Source: Blasia pusilla
Lineage: Eukaryota
Length of the DNA: 64,000 bases
Direction of reading: 5' to 3'
Assembly (NCBI GenBank): GCA_050084515.1
Contig: CM114271.1
Location: 28,520,001 to 28,584,000 of the forward strand
This document shows, one piece after another, positions 36,708-48,255 of this stretch (its first letter is position 1; each line of letters starts with the position of its first letter). Position numbers and translations under genes: made by a program. The notes beneath the pieces were generated by a model. The model saw nothing but the letters and a program-made list of their open reading frames with translations, had not been told where the DNA came from and did no database searches.

Positions 36708-37464
36708 TGTGTGATCTCCATGTATATGTATGAGTTGATTTTTGTACATGTGTGGATCGACTTGTGTGTGGGGAAGATCGGTGTTGTGTGGTGTAGATAT
36801 GACCAACGATGTATGTTGTGTAGTGATATGTATGCGCATGACAACTGTCACATCTGGGTAGCCGATAGGCCGAGATCTATCGTGGATATGGCGTAGGAGC
36901 CAGCGGATTATCCTGAGTGTAACTTTATCCCACTATGTCGTATGAGGTTGAGGATAGGTCCATTGTGTCAGGAACGTTGTTTCTGACAACTTTCATGTTG
37001 AGATCTTTCACAACCGGGTGACTTGTTGACCAAGTCACCCACCCCTGGTAATCTGTGCGCGCAGGTTACCAAGGGGAGGGCTATTTTTAGGGGAAGAGCT
37101 TTTTGGCTCTTCCCAACCTTATATAAGAGAGGAAGGTGGATTTCCTAAGCCATCTTTCTCATGTTGGGCCGTTAGGGCACCTCTCTTGTATGTGAGTGAG
37201 ATAGGGTTGGGATGCTAGCGTCCGGATTCCTTGATAGCACAGGGTGGACGAGGTTCGATATGCCGATGTAGATTGATGAGTGAAGTTTTAGACCGGGTGT
37301 GTCATTTTTACTACTCTTTATTTTTAGTTATTTGATCTTCATGTATATGTATGAGGTGATTTTTGTACATGTGTGGATCGACCCGTGTGTGGGAAAGATC
37401 GGTGTTGTGAGGTGTAGACGTGACCAACGATGTATGTTGTGTAGCGATATACATGCGCACGACA
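36708..37464 (+). repeat. 3' LTR of the DNMT-PHD gypsy, with about 135-bp direct repeats at both ends
   Basis: 36708-36843 is near-identical to 37333-37464. TATATAA lies at about 37120. Confidence 0.8.
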
Positions 37465-37606
37465 CATATCATATCTAAGCCTCTCTCTTGGTGCAGTTTC
37501 CACATAACAACACTTATGTTCCAAATTTGTACAGGGTAGTAAACCATGTCGTGTTGATGTGTGCTAACTAGAATTAGAGGACCCAAGCACCACTTACGAG
37601 GACGAT

Positions 37607-38267
37607 TGTATAGTTTTATTGTTCATACAAGATTCTATTTTTTGAGTGCATGTAGATCTATCAGAGTGTGAGGAAGACCGATGATGTGTAAATATGATCT
37701 ACGATGTGGATTGTATATCTATGTGTATGCGCACTACAACTAACACATCTTAGTTAGTTAGTAGACAAAATTCTACCAAATCGATGACGTAACGAGTCAA
37801 CATGTTATGTAAGAGGTCTGGAGGTCTCTGATAAGATTGATAACTCTGGTATGTTGAGATTGTCAATGAAGACAATTCTCCTCTTTTGCTATTTTGGATT
37901 AAATGTCTTGCTGACCAAATCAAAAATCACCCTACAACACATGTGCATTTAAGATTAGTTTTTGGGAAAGATCCCTCTAGTACTTTGCACAGATAAAAAG
38001 ATGAGGGGAAAAAATTCATAACCCATATTTCTCATATTGAATTTAGGGTTCACTAGGAGCTTAGAAGCTAGAGTTCAGATATGGATTGATATGCCAATGT
38101 AAACTCAAAAATGAATTTGACCATGTATAATGTTTTCACTTTGATCAATTTACTTCCATGATTATTTTTGGATATGCTCGCAACTACCTATGTGTCAAGA
38201 TGAATGATATTTGATACGTACATATGATCAACAATATGGATTGTAAAATGCATATATGCGAACGATA
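37607..38267 (+). repeat. Older degenerate LTR of the same gypsy family
   Basis: Preceded by a diverged GAATTAGAGGACCCAAGC-PPT junction. Diverged terminal units end GCGCACTACA and GCGAACGATA. Confidence 0.55.
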
Positions 38268-39859
38268 GAGAATACTTACAAATAGAAGCGCAAATGTAGA
38301 TATGGCCTCTCGTCATTACTTATTGCTTTTAGTCATAAATTATCACATTTTTTAGTTTCTGTTTGGTTCAAATAGTGAGTCAATATAAGGATATCTCTTG
38401 TGAAATTCATTTTTCAACACTCGTAAGACTGGTTAAACATTAATGGAAAGAAAAAACTTGAAACCTCATCATCGAACAAGTCCATTGCTTAGCCTCTAGC
38501 TTGAAAGACAATTCCACCTCAAGTCACTTTAGTGCGATTCAATGTAGGACAATCTTTGCAAGTCTAACAAGGAGGGAGTAAAAGATTCTGTTGTCACTAT
38601 TTCAATGACGATAGAATCTTTTACTGACGATAGAATCGTGAATATGGATTTACTTAACTCTGCTACTTCACACAACCTGACTTTTTTTAAGTACAAAAAT
38701 AAATTCGGAACAAGGAAAAATCAATTTGGTAGATCAAATACAAAAAGTTTTTTGAATTTTAACTAAACCACTAATATTACTTTTAATATTTAAACTTATT
38801 GGTGTACCTGCTTGAACTCACTATGTATATCCCCATGGTGTGTTGTACACTCGACTCTTGATATTGTGAAACACGAACAAGTATAGGTTGAGAACCCATT
38901 GACACTAAAGGCAGGGGTTAGTTAGCAAAGGTCTTCCATTCACAATCTCTGAAGTTTTAATGTAACAATGAATCCTCAAAGATCATAGGTATAGAATTCT
39001 CAAGTACCTCTCTCGTATAGGGGATTGTACATGCTATGTGACGTGTAGAAATAGAGATGGGAAGTGGGCAACCATAATGTCTAAAGATTGTAGAATCTCT
39101 GATTGAGGGTTTCCTACAATGTAGTGAAGCCTTCAATCAAGCTTGGAGGCGAGACCCGCTACCCTATTTTCTAATGCAAAACACTAAGGCCCAAACATTC
39201 CTTCCCAAGGTAAATGGCTAATGGACACATTTATGAAATAGTCCTAGGCTGATCAGATTGCGACTCAAAAGCAGGTGGAGAAAACCTAACATTTCTAAGC
39301 AATGCTGTAAAATAGGATAACCATAACAAACATGTCTTTATTTGAGTCATTAAGAAACATAATCCTAGATTACACAAATCCGGAAACATATGGTTCATTG
39401 CAAAATCTGCCACACTTTTGCTAATGTGTCATGTGGCACTACACAGCTGAGAGATTCGATAAATCTCCTCTCTAGTACAACCCACCATCTACATCATGAA
39501 GAGATCGGGCATAGGGTTTACTCTCGTGTTGACAGCTTCAAAATTTTATAAACTGCTGTTTCGATCGTTACTGCACTCCCCGGGTACACATCTTTACAAC
39601 ACTTGGATGATTAGCTTTGATGAAAGATGAGCCCAGCTCAAATTTAGACTTCATGGCCAGGCTGAACGGTCTTCCAGCCTGTGTCACTCATTTCCTCTGT
39701 GCAACCAATTTAAATCATTTTAGATGTAAGTCTCCGAAGGACATCAATAATTCCAGAGAGATCAGTTATATTGCCTTCAGAAAGGATCATGACAATAACA
39801 CTTAGAAATGCATTCCAAGATTGGCTGATAGCCCTTTTAGTTTGCAGGAACTCTCTGAG

Positions 39860-41107
39860 TGTCATCTTGAAACCTAAGGAGAGTCACATCATGATTGTGG
39901 ACCCATTAGACAATTGACCTAGAAACTGATTTGCTGATCGTGAACATGCTGAAATCCTGGATGAAATAGCTGATGCCAGTTCTGATTTTGTACAAGGAGA
40001 TGCATCTGCCGGTCTACTTTATCAACAGGTTATGGGTACACCCCAAACCTTTCTCCTTGGTAATTTCAGTGGTAAACAGAAGTTCAATGGAGGAAACTAT
40101 AGAGAATGGTCCAGAACCATGATGAAACCTCACAAACTGGAAGAGCTCGTGCTAAACTTTGCTTGCAGACAGGAAAATCAGTCAGCAGCCATCTTCTGAC
40201 TGAAGTTATTTGAGGTATTGTTTGCCGAGTTCTCCAGTGCAGTTGTACCAGATATTGGATAATTTACTGGTCAACAAATCACGGGTGCACTACATGGTTC
40301 ACAGTTAGTGCCTTGGAAGCAACTCAGAAGCTGGTGATAATGATGGAGATGTCGATTGGTCGTTACAAAACTTAGAAAAAACATTAAGATACGTCCTGTT
40401 GTGACATTTGCTTGAGAGATGACCTGTCCAAGAACAAATGAAGCAGAAAGTCTCTTTGGTTTTCCCCTAAGGAGTCTTCCTAGAAGGCTGGGTAGCCACA
40501 AAAGGTAAAGAGCACTTCCTACTAGGATCATATGGAGAATTGGAAGAAGGACATTCTCAGAGTTTGGAGGAGGTTTTTCTAATTCAGAATCACTGACAAT
40601 TGCAACTTTAAGGTCCTCAAAAAAAGGTCTATTTCAACATTAAACGTGGATACAGAGCTTGCTACAAGCAATAGTGAAGGTTTGTGAAGATCTGAGGCTG
40701 AATACATGGCCCTCACACATGCCACCAAGAGGTCATATGGTTGAGAAGACTTCTTGGAGAAGTTGGACACAAACAACCAGATCAATTGTTAGATAACATG
40801 GGCAGCATTCACCTCAGCAAAAATGAGGCACACCGACCTTCAATATAATTTCATCAGAAAGCAGATTGGGAAGGAGGTGGATTTGGACTTCATCCCCCCT
40901 GAAGATACCGCTACCGCTGCTCTCACTAAGGCATTAGCTAACAAAAACATAAGAAAAGTTTGCACATGCTTGGCTTGCTTTTGGACATGTCAGGAGTGGG
41001 ATTGTCGAGAATGCAGTACATTTCAAGACAGAAAACATGTCCACTGACTGCATTGGGTAGAGAAATCAGGCAGGTAATATATTGAATTCGTACTGACTAT
41101 TGTTGAT
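39860..41107 (+). mobile_element. Heavily degenerate, internally deleted Ty1/copia relic related to LTR family A
   Basis: The LTR end at about 40027 is similar to 41640-41789. It is followed by a GGTTATGGG PBS, a gag start (KFNGGNYREW), RNase H remnants (EAEYMALTHA, HTDLQYNFIR) and a GGAGTGGGA PPT. Confidence 0.65.
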
Positions 41108-41789
41108 TGTTGAAATTTGTTAATATCTAGTTTAGTCATGCTCTAAAAATAGTTAGTCAAATACTAACTTAGTTGGATACTAATTTAGTTAGCTAGAGAT
41201 AACTTAGTGTTCCTCTATCTTTTAGGGTAACCTTGAATTAGGGCAATTCTCGAGTTAGGGTTAGCCACCATCTGTTATTTAGGGTATGGATCTGTTCAAG
41301 AAGATCTAAGGGCCAGAAGTGCTCACCCTGATGTATATAATGTCTCTGTTTAGAGAGCAGAAGCCAATTCTACAGCATGCACAGTTTTGGTGAGGACTCC
41401 TGAGGCTCTTGGTCCTGCTGCAGAGTGATCAGAGAGTAGGAAGAGGAGATTGAGACTAATTGCTGTGCTTGCTAGAGCCTCACTGGAAGGCAGGTTGTTT
41501 TGTCTAGTATGCTGATGGAGATTGTTTGTGCTCAATGGTGAGCCATGTCTGATCTCTGAGCTGGTGACATGTGAGGACCTGTAGTGTGAGTGCAAGGTGT
41601 GGCTGAGTAGAATCTTTCTTAGTATCTCTTAGATAGTAAGAAGAGTCACATCATGGTAGGGCTCTGATTTGGCAATAGAGATAGGAACTGATTTGCTGAT
41701 TGTGTACAAGCTGAAATCATGGATGGTCTAGCTGATGCTAGCTCCGACTTTGTACAAGGAGATACTTCTGCTGGTCAATCATATTCTCA
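41108..41789 (+). repeat. Copia LTR family A (682 bp, TG...CA) without a matching TSD
   Basis: Near-identical reverse complement of 47574-48255. Flanks are TTGAT and CAAAC. Confidence 0.92.
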
Positions 41790-44038
41790 CAAACTCACTG
41801 TTGAATCTTGCAGATCATCTCGAGATTTTCTGTCACAACTCAAGATTATTGCAAATAATCTTGCATCCGCAGGATCTCCTGTTTCAGACACATCTCTATT
41901 CACTTTTGCTATTAGCAGACTTCCTGCTGAATACAAATCTCTCATTCACGTATTGATGCAGAAAGATAAACCTTCTTTTGACGATCTTCAAACTGGAGTA
42001 CTGTATGATTCTGAACTAGATAAACCTTCCAATTTTGAAAGTATTCTAGTTTCCAATTCTATTGATAATTCTACCAGGAAACGTCCATTTCAGTCTATAT
42101 CTACTCAGTATCAAAGAAACATTCCTCAGAGGAATGGAAAACAGCCTTACTGTTACATTTGTAACGAGAAAGATCACATCTCCAACAAATGTCCTAACAG
42201 AAAATTTCTCAAGAAATTCCGTGAGTACTGCAAAACTCAACCAGAAGATACCTCATCTTTACTACTCAATACTTCACCTATCACTCAAGCATTAACATGC
42301 TCCACATCTGAGGAACTACAACCAGATGAACCACTCTATCTATTCATGATACAAAGATCCTCTACATCTACTTTCCCAGATCTTTCCAAACTTTGGATCC
42401 TTGATTCGGGTTCAAATTCCCATGTTTGCTGTCAAAGAGAACTGTTCTCTAATTTCCTTCCTATTTCTCCAATTCTCATTTCTGGAATAGGCAATGGCAA
42501 AATATATGCTACAGCTACTGGGAATGTTCAATTAAAGCTTTACTACAGGACAGCACAATATTGTTTCTGTGAAGAAACTTGCTGAAAACTCTATAGATAC
42601 CCTTTTCTATTCTCACAATATGTCTTTTGAACTCATCAAGCAAGGTCATTGTTTAGGTACAGGCTTTGCCAGGCATGGCATGTATCTAATTGAATGTCAA
42701 TCTTGTACTCCATCGACAATTTTGATAGCCAGAAGTTCATCCAATCTCTGGCACAATCGTATGGGACATCTCAACAATCAGCATTTATTGCAACTACATC
42801 AAAAGAAAATGGTTCAAGGTCTAGATCATGTCGATGATCTCAATTTCTGTACAAGCTGTGCTAAAGGCAAGCTCATCAGGCAACATATCACAGGAGATGG
42901 ACAAGATCTTCCTGTTCAAAAGGCTCTAGATCTGATTCACAGTGATCTGGCAGGACCAATGAAGACACCCAGTATTGGAAACGCCTACTATTTCTGTACT
43001 TTTCTTGACCAATATACAAAGAAATCCTTTGTCTATATTCTTCACAAGAAGTCAGATGTCTTTTCTACATTCCAGAAGTTCAAAATCATGGTTGAGAAAG
43101 AAACTGGCCTCCAGATTCGTGTTCTCAGAACAGATGGAGGTGGTGAATACATAGACTCTTCTTTCCAAGTCTTTCTGCAGACTTTTGGTATTCTTCATCA
43201 ACGCACAGGAAGAGATTCTCCTATGCAGAATGGATCTGCTGAAAGACTCAACCGCACACTACAGGAAAAGGCAAGATGTATGCTCATTCACATGCGCCTT
43301 CCTATATCATTTTGGGGAGAAGCAATTGTTACAGCTAACTATCTTCGGAACTTGAGTCCTACTCAAACTCTTTCAACAACACCTTCTGAAGCTTGGAGTG
43401 GTCTCAAACCTACTCTCACACATCTTCGAGTGTTTGGATGTCAAGCATTTGCTCTCATTCCAGCTGAGAGAAGAAGAAAGATGGATTCTACGGGTGAAGA
43501 TGTATATTCCTTGGTTATCAGATTGGTTCTAGATGTTATAAACTTTTCGATCCCAATACAAAACGTGTTTTTCTCAGCAAAGATGTTGTCTTCAATGAAG
43601 ATACTCCTTTCTCCTTCTCTCCTGTTTTTCACTCTACTTACTCTCCATTTTTTGATTATTTCCCAGTAGAAAACTCTGAACCGATAACTGTCCCTAAAGC
43701 AGTAAGAAAAACTACAGTTCAGACAAATACTGAAATAGTGGGAGATACTTCAAGAGAAACAGGTGCTGTTGCTTTAGAGAAATCCATGGGACATCTGCCC
43801 ACGTCTTTTCATCCTAGGCGATCATCACGAACATCTGTACCAGTACATATGTATGATGCTGCTTGCTCAAACATTCTTCTCTCTTCTTGTATCCAATCTG
43901 ACCCACTCACTAGAACAGAAGCCCTCTCTAGATCAGATTCTCATGAATGACAAACTGCTATGGAAGCTGAAATTGCCTCTCTTCATGAAAACAAAACCTG
44001 GATTCTTGTGACAAACCCAAAAAAGCACAAGTCATCCA

Positions 44039-44431
44039 TGTTAGATAAATACATTTTAGATAAAGGTGTTCGACTTAAAATGTGTTAAAGGAACTACCTA
44101 AATGCTGCTACTCTTAGCAGTCCGACATCTAAGCTAAAAGGGTCACTTGGCCACTTGGTCAGCTGGCCACTTGGCCACTTAGTCACTTGGCTACTTGGCC
44201 ACTTGGTCACTTGGTCACTTGGCCACTTGGTCAGTTGGCTAGTTGGCCACTTGGTCACTTGGTCACTTGGTCACTTTGCCACTCAGACTATTTTGTCTCT
44301 AGCCAATATCCAGATTAGTATATAATCTGGGGCTTGAATAAACATCAGGTTTGAAGTTCTCCATTAAGCTTAGTCGCAGCTTTACCATTGTATCATTACC
44401 ATTGTGTCTACATCTCTCATATAGTTTAACA
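44039..44431 (+). repeat. Solo LTR of family B (393 bp) inserted in element B pol, with 5-bp TSD ATCCA
   Basis: TGTTAG...TAACA, flanked by ATCCA at 44034-44038 and 44432-44436. Internal 9-bp tandem repeat of CACTTGG(C/T)-type units. Confidence 0.93.
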
Positions 44432-45960
44432 ATCCACAGATACTACCAATATAGTCTCTTGTAAATGGGTTTTTAAGATCAAGCGGTCATCTTCAGGAAG
44501 TATTCTCAAGTACAAAGCCAGGCTGGTAGCCAAAGGTTATTCACAGAAAGAAGGAATTGATTACAAAGAAACATTTTCTCCTGTCATAAATATCACTTCT
44601 CTCCGGATGCTGCTTTCCATTGCTGCTGTTCGCAATGCTGAACTACATCAAATGGACGTCAAGACTGCTTTTCTTCATGGTGATCTACAAGAAATCATAC
44701 ACAAGCATCAACCTCCCGGTTTTGAGGTAACTCATCAAGGTCCACAGGTATGTCTTCTGAAGAAAGCTCTTTATGGCTTGAAGCAATCCTCCCGAGCTTG
44801 GTATCAAAAGATGGATGGATATTTGACTTCTGCAGGTTTTTTCAGAAGTACTTATGATCCTTGTTTGTATCACAAACGATCTTCTACAGATCAATTACTC
44901 ATAATTGCTGTATATGTAGATGATCTTGCTATTCTAGCAGATAATCTCATTCAGCTACAACAATTTAAAATTCATGTTCAGTCCATTTTTAAAATGGTTG
45001 ACATGGGAGAGCTTCATCACTTGTTAGGACTTCAGGTGGTAAGAGACAGGGCACATCACAAGATTTCTTTGCACCAACAAAGGTATATCTGTGAAAAACT
45101 GGTAGAATTCGGTATGAAAGATTGTCATACAGTTTCTACCCCTTCTGTGCCTGGGACAACATTGTCCAAGCCCACATCTGCTCCTACAAGTGATGATCTT
45201 GCTCATTTTCAGCAATATCCATATGCTACGATAGTTGGAAGTCTTATGTATGCTTCAACCATGACTCGTCCTGACATCTCTTTCAGTGTCGGCCAGTTAT
45301 GTAAATACATGTCCAACTATTCTATTGAGCATTGGCAAGCTGCCATGCATGTTCTAAGGTATTTGAAGGGAACTTCGAATATGGGTATCACCTTTGATGG
45401 TTCCACCCATGATTTTACTCTTCAGGCCTATGCAGATGCCAGTTTCGCTTCTTCTAAAGATGATAGAAAATCTATTTCAGGATTTGTTCTTATCATGGCA
45501 GGAGGTGCAGTACATTGGGCCTCAAGGAAGCAGACAGTTACTGCACAGTCTACTACAGAAGCTGAATATATAGCCTTTAATGAGGCCACCAAAGAAATAC
45601 TTTGGATTCGACATTTACTTGCTGAGATTGGTTTTTACAGCAACTCCAACAATTCTTTACGAAGACAATCAAGCTGCAATTCAACTATCAAATAATTTTT
45701 GTTCCAATTCCAAAATCCGACATTTGGAACTAACATTCTTCTTCATATCAGAACACATTCAACAACAAAATATTCGTCTACAAGCATGTAGATCCTCAGT
45801 TCAGGCTGCTGATGTTTTGACTAAAAGTCTATCTAAAGACCAACATTATTTCTTACTCCAAATATTAGGATGTAGGATATGCAACTGAGTGGGAGATACG
45901 ACTCTTTTCGAGTAGACAGCTGCATGTTCTTCCAGCTAGATTATCCTAGCTCAGTGGGAG

Positions 45961-46326
45961 TGTTAGATAAATACATTTTAGATAAAGGTGTTGGACTTAA
46001 AATGTGTTGAAGGAACTACCTAAATGCTGCTACTCTTAGCAGTCCGACATCTAACATAAGACACTTGACCACTTGGCCACTTGGTCAGCTGGCTACTTGG
46101 CCACTTGGACATTTGGCTACTTGGTCACTTGGCCACTTGGCCACTTGGCCACTTGGTCACTTGGCCACTTTGCCACTCAGACTATCTTGTCTCTAGCCAA
46201 TATCCAGATTAGTATATAGTCTGGGGATTGAATAAACATCATACTTGAAGTTCTCCATAAAGTTTAGGCGCAGCTTTACCATTGTATCATTACCATTGTG
46301 TATACATCTCTCATATATTTCTAACA
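45961..46326 (+). repeat. 3' LTR of element B (366 bp)
   Basis: Follows CAGTGGGAG. Homologous to 44039-44431 with a shorter 9-bp repeat tract. Confidence 0.9.
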
Positions 46327-46545
46327 TCCCACCGACCCCTGGCCGAATGGGCTTCAGGATCTACCGGACCTCTTCACCATTGACGATGTCACATCAGGAA
46401 TCAAAGGCTACATAACAAACCAGAGGATGTCCTGGGGTGCCAGGCTCAAATGTTCAAATTCGCAAGTGAGGCAATTGGCCCAACCCTCACCAGAATGTTC
46501 AATACTGCAGTTCAACAGCGCTTCCCACCAGATTTTGCAACTCGG
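46327..46545 (+). pseudogene. Short LINE RT N-terminal fragment
   Basis: FTIDDVTSGIK...QMFKFASEAIGPTLTRMFNTAVQQRFPPDF resembles the region just upstream of the LINE RT domain. Confidence 0.5.
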
Positions 46546-47304
46546 GGCTTGTTGATGATGAACATCACTACCTCTCCGACTGCACCTTTCACGATCACAT
46601 TAGGCTTGACTTCCCGTATCTCTTTGTTCACCGAGCTCCCAGGGTCCTCCCGTTCATGACTAGGCAGAATCAGACTCAGATTGCTAAATTCTTGCATAGT
46701 TGTGTGAAGACCAGGGACACTCACCTGGCTCTGAGGACCCCTTAGGCCCTCGCTGGTGCTTGCTCTCTCTCCAAATTTGTTGTGAAGTGTCAAAACTAAG
46801 TCCCATGGCCCTGTGGGGTCCCCATGGACAATAAATCTATTCATTCATTCTCTCTCCAAAATTGTTGTTAAGTCTCAATACTAAGTCCCATGGCCCTGTG
46901 GGGTCCTCGTGGACAATAAGTCTATTCATTCATTCATTCTCTTCTCTACTTCCCCGGCTCCTGGACCTGCAAACTTCCTGACTGCTGCCCCTCAGCTTGG
47001 GTGGCTGACCTATTGTGATAGAAGGAGTTGATGTTTTGGAGGACCTACTGCTGGAGGAGACAGTGTGCTGCCTGAAGAGGCATCAATAGTGTAGAGAGTC
47101 TCTTCTTCCTATATGGAGGAAGTTTATGAGCAGTAGATCAATCAGATCTCTCTCATTGTTTTGTAAGTACGAAGTTTCCTTTCCTGTTTGACATCTGTGA
47201 AGCTATTCCATGTATCTGTAATCTGCTGTGACTTCTTGGAGCTTGGAGAAACAAATTAGCTCTGTAATCAAAGTCAGTATTTGTTTACTCCTCATTTTGT
47301 TTCA

Positions 47305-47317
47305 GGTTATGGGCCCA
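47305..47317 (+). other. Primer-binding site GGTTATGGGCCCA (internal initiator-Met tRNA type)
   Basis: Directly follows the LTR-terminal CA. Same PBS type as half-tRNA-primed copia elements. Confidence 0.75.
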
Positions 47318-47573
47318 CGAAGTGATATGGATCACTGGGTTAGCAAGAAACTAGATGCTACTAATTGGAGAAAGTGGTCTTTTGAGATGAAGATCCTTTG
47401 TTGTCACGAGGATTGTTGGGAGGTGGTCCACTCTGCACCTACAGCAACACAACTTTTGGATGCAGTATGGATCAAATCAAACAATAGAACAATGGCTGCA
47501 TTGGTTATGAACATGGGAGGCTCTGCTATAGAGATGGGCCGAGACAAACCAAATGCTCATGCCATGTGGGAAA

Positions 47574-48255
47574 TGAGAATATGATTGACCAGCAGAAGTA
47601 TCTCCTTGTACAAAGTCAGAGCTAGCATCAGCTAGACCATCCATGATTTCAGCTTGTACACAATCAGCAAATCAGTTCCTATCTCTATTGCCAAATCAGA
47701 GCCCTACCATGATGTGACTCTTCTTACTATCTAAGAGATACTAAGAAGGATTCTACTCAGCCACACCTTGCACTCACACTACAGGTCCTCACATGTCACC
47801 AGCTCAGAGATCAGACATGGCTCACCATTGAGCACAAACAATCTCCATCAGCATACTAGACAAAACAACCTGCCTTCCAGTGAGGCTCTAGCAAGCACAG
47901 CAATTAGTCTCAATCTCCTCTTCCTACTCTCTGATCACTCTGCAGCAGGACCAAGAGCCTCAGGAGTCCTCACCAAAACTGTGCATGCTGTAGAATTGGC
48001 TTCTGCTCTCTAAACAGAGACATTATATACATCAGGGTGAGCACTTCTGGCCCTTAGATCTTCTTGAACAGATCCATACCCTAAATAACAGATGGTGGCT
48101 AACCCTAACTCGAGAATTGCCCTAATTCAAGGTTACCCTAAAAGATAGAGGAACACTAAGTTATCTCTAGCTAACTAAATTAGTATCCAACTAAGTTAGT
48201 ATTTGACTAACTATTTTTAGAGCATAACTAAACTAGATATTAACAAATTTCAACA
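47574..48255 (-). repeat. Solo LTR of family A (682 bp) inserted antisense in element C gag, with TSD GGAAA
   Basis: GGAAA at 47569-47573 and 48256-48260. Reverse complement of 41108-41789. Confidence 0.95.

Larger units (their letters stand above)
32197..37464 (+). mobile_element. Ty3/gypsy LTR retrotransposon, 5'-truncated, with domain order C5-MTase, RT, RNaseH, INT, PHD, LTR
   Basis: Continuous plus-strand pol-like sequence, followed by a PPT at about 36695-36707 and an LTR at 36708-37464 (TG...CA). Confidence 0.92.
41790..46326 (+). mobile_element. Ty1/copia element B (5'-truncated in gag), disrupted
   Basis: Zn knuckle CYICNEKDHISNKC, protease WILDSGSNSH, INT WHNRMGH / IHSDLAGP / LRTDGGGEY, RT MDVKTAFLHG / YVDD, RNase H ADASF / EAEY, then a PPT and 3' LTR. 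Confidence 0.95.

Noticed and set aside
41350-41595. Identical 81-aa ORFs at 41350-41595 and 47768-48013
   Set aside because: Both lie inside the two copies of LTR A and show no protein features.
44039-46326. A small intact LTR element between the two family B LTRs
   Set aside because: The left LTR has its own ATCCA TSD and interrupts a pol sequence that continues on both sides.
41108-48255. A DNA transposon with 682-bp TIRs
   Set aside because: The repeats are TG...CA LTRs. One has its own TSD, and the outer flanks do not match.
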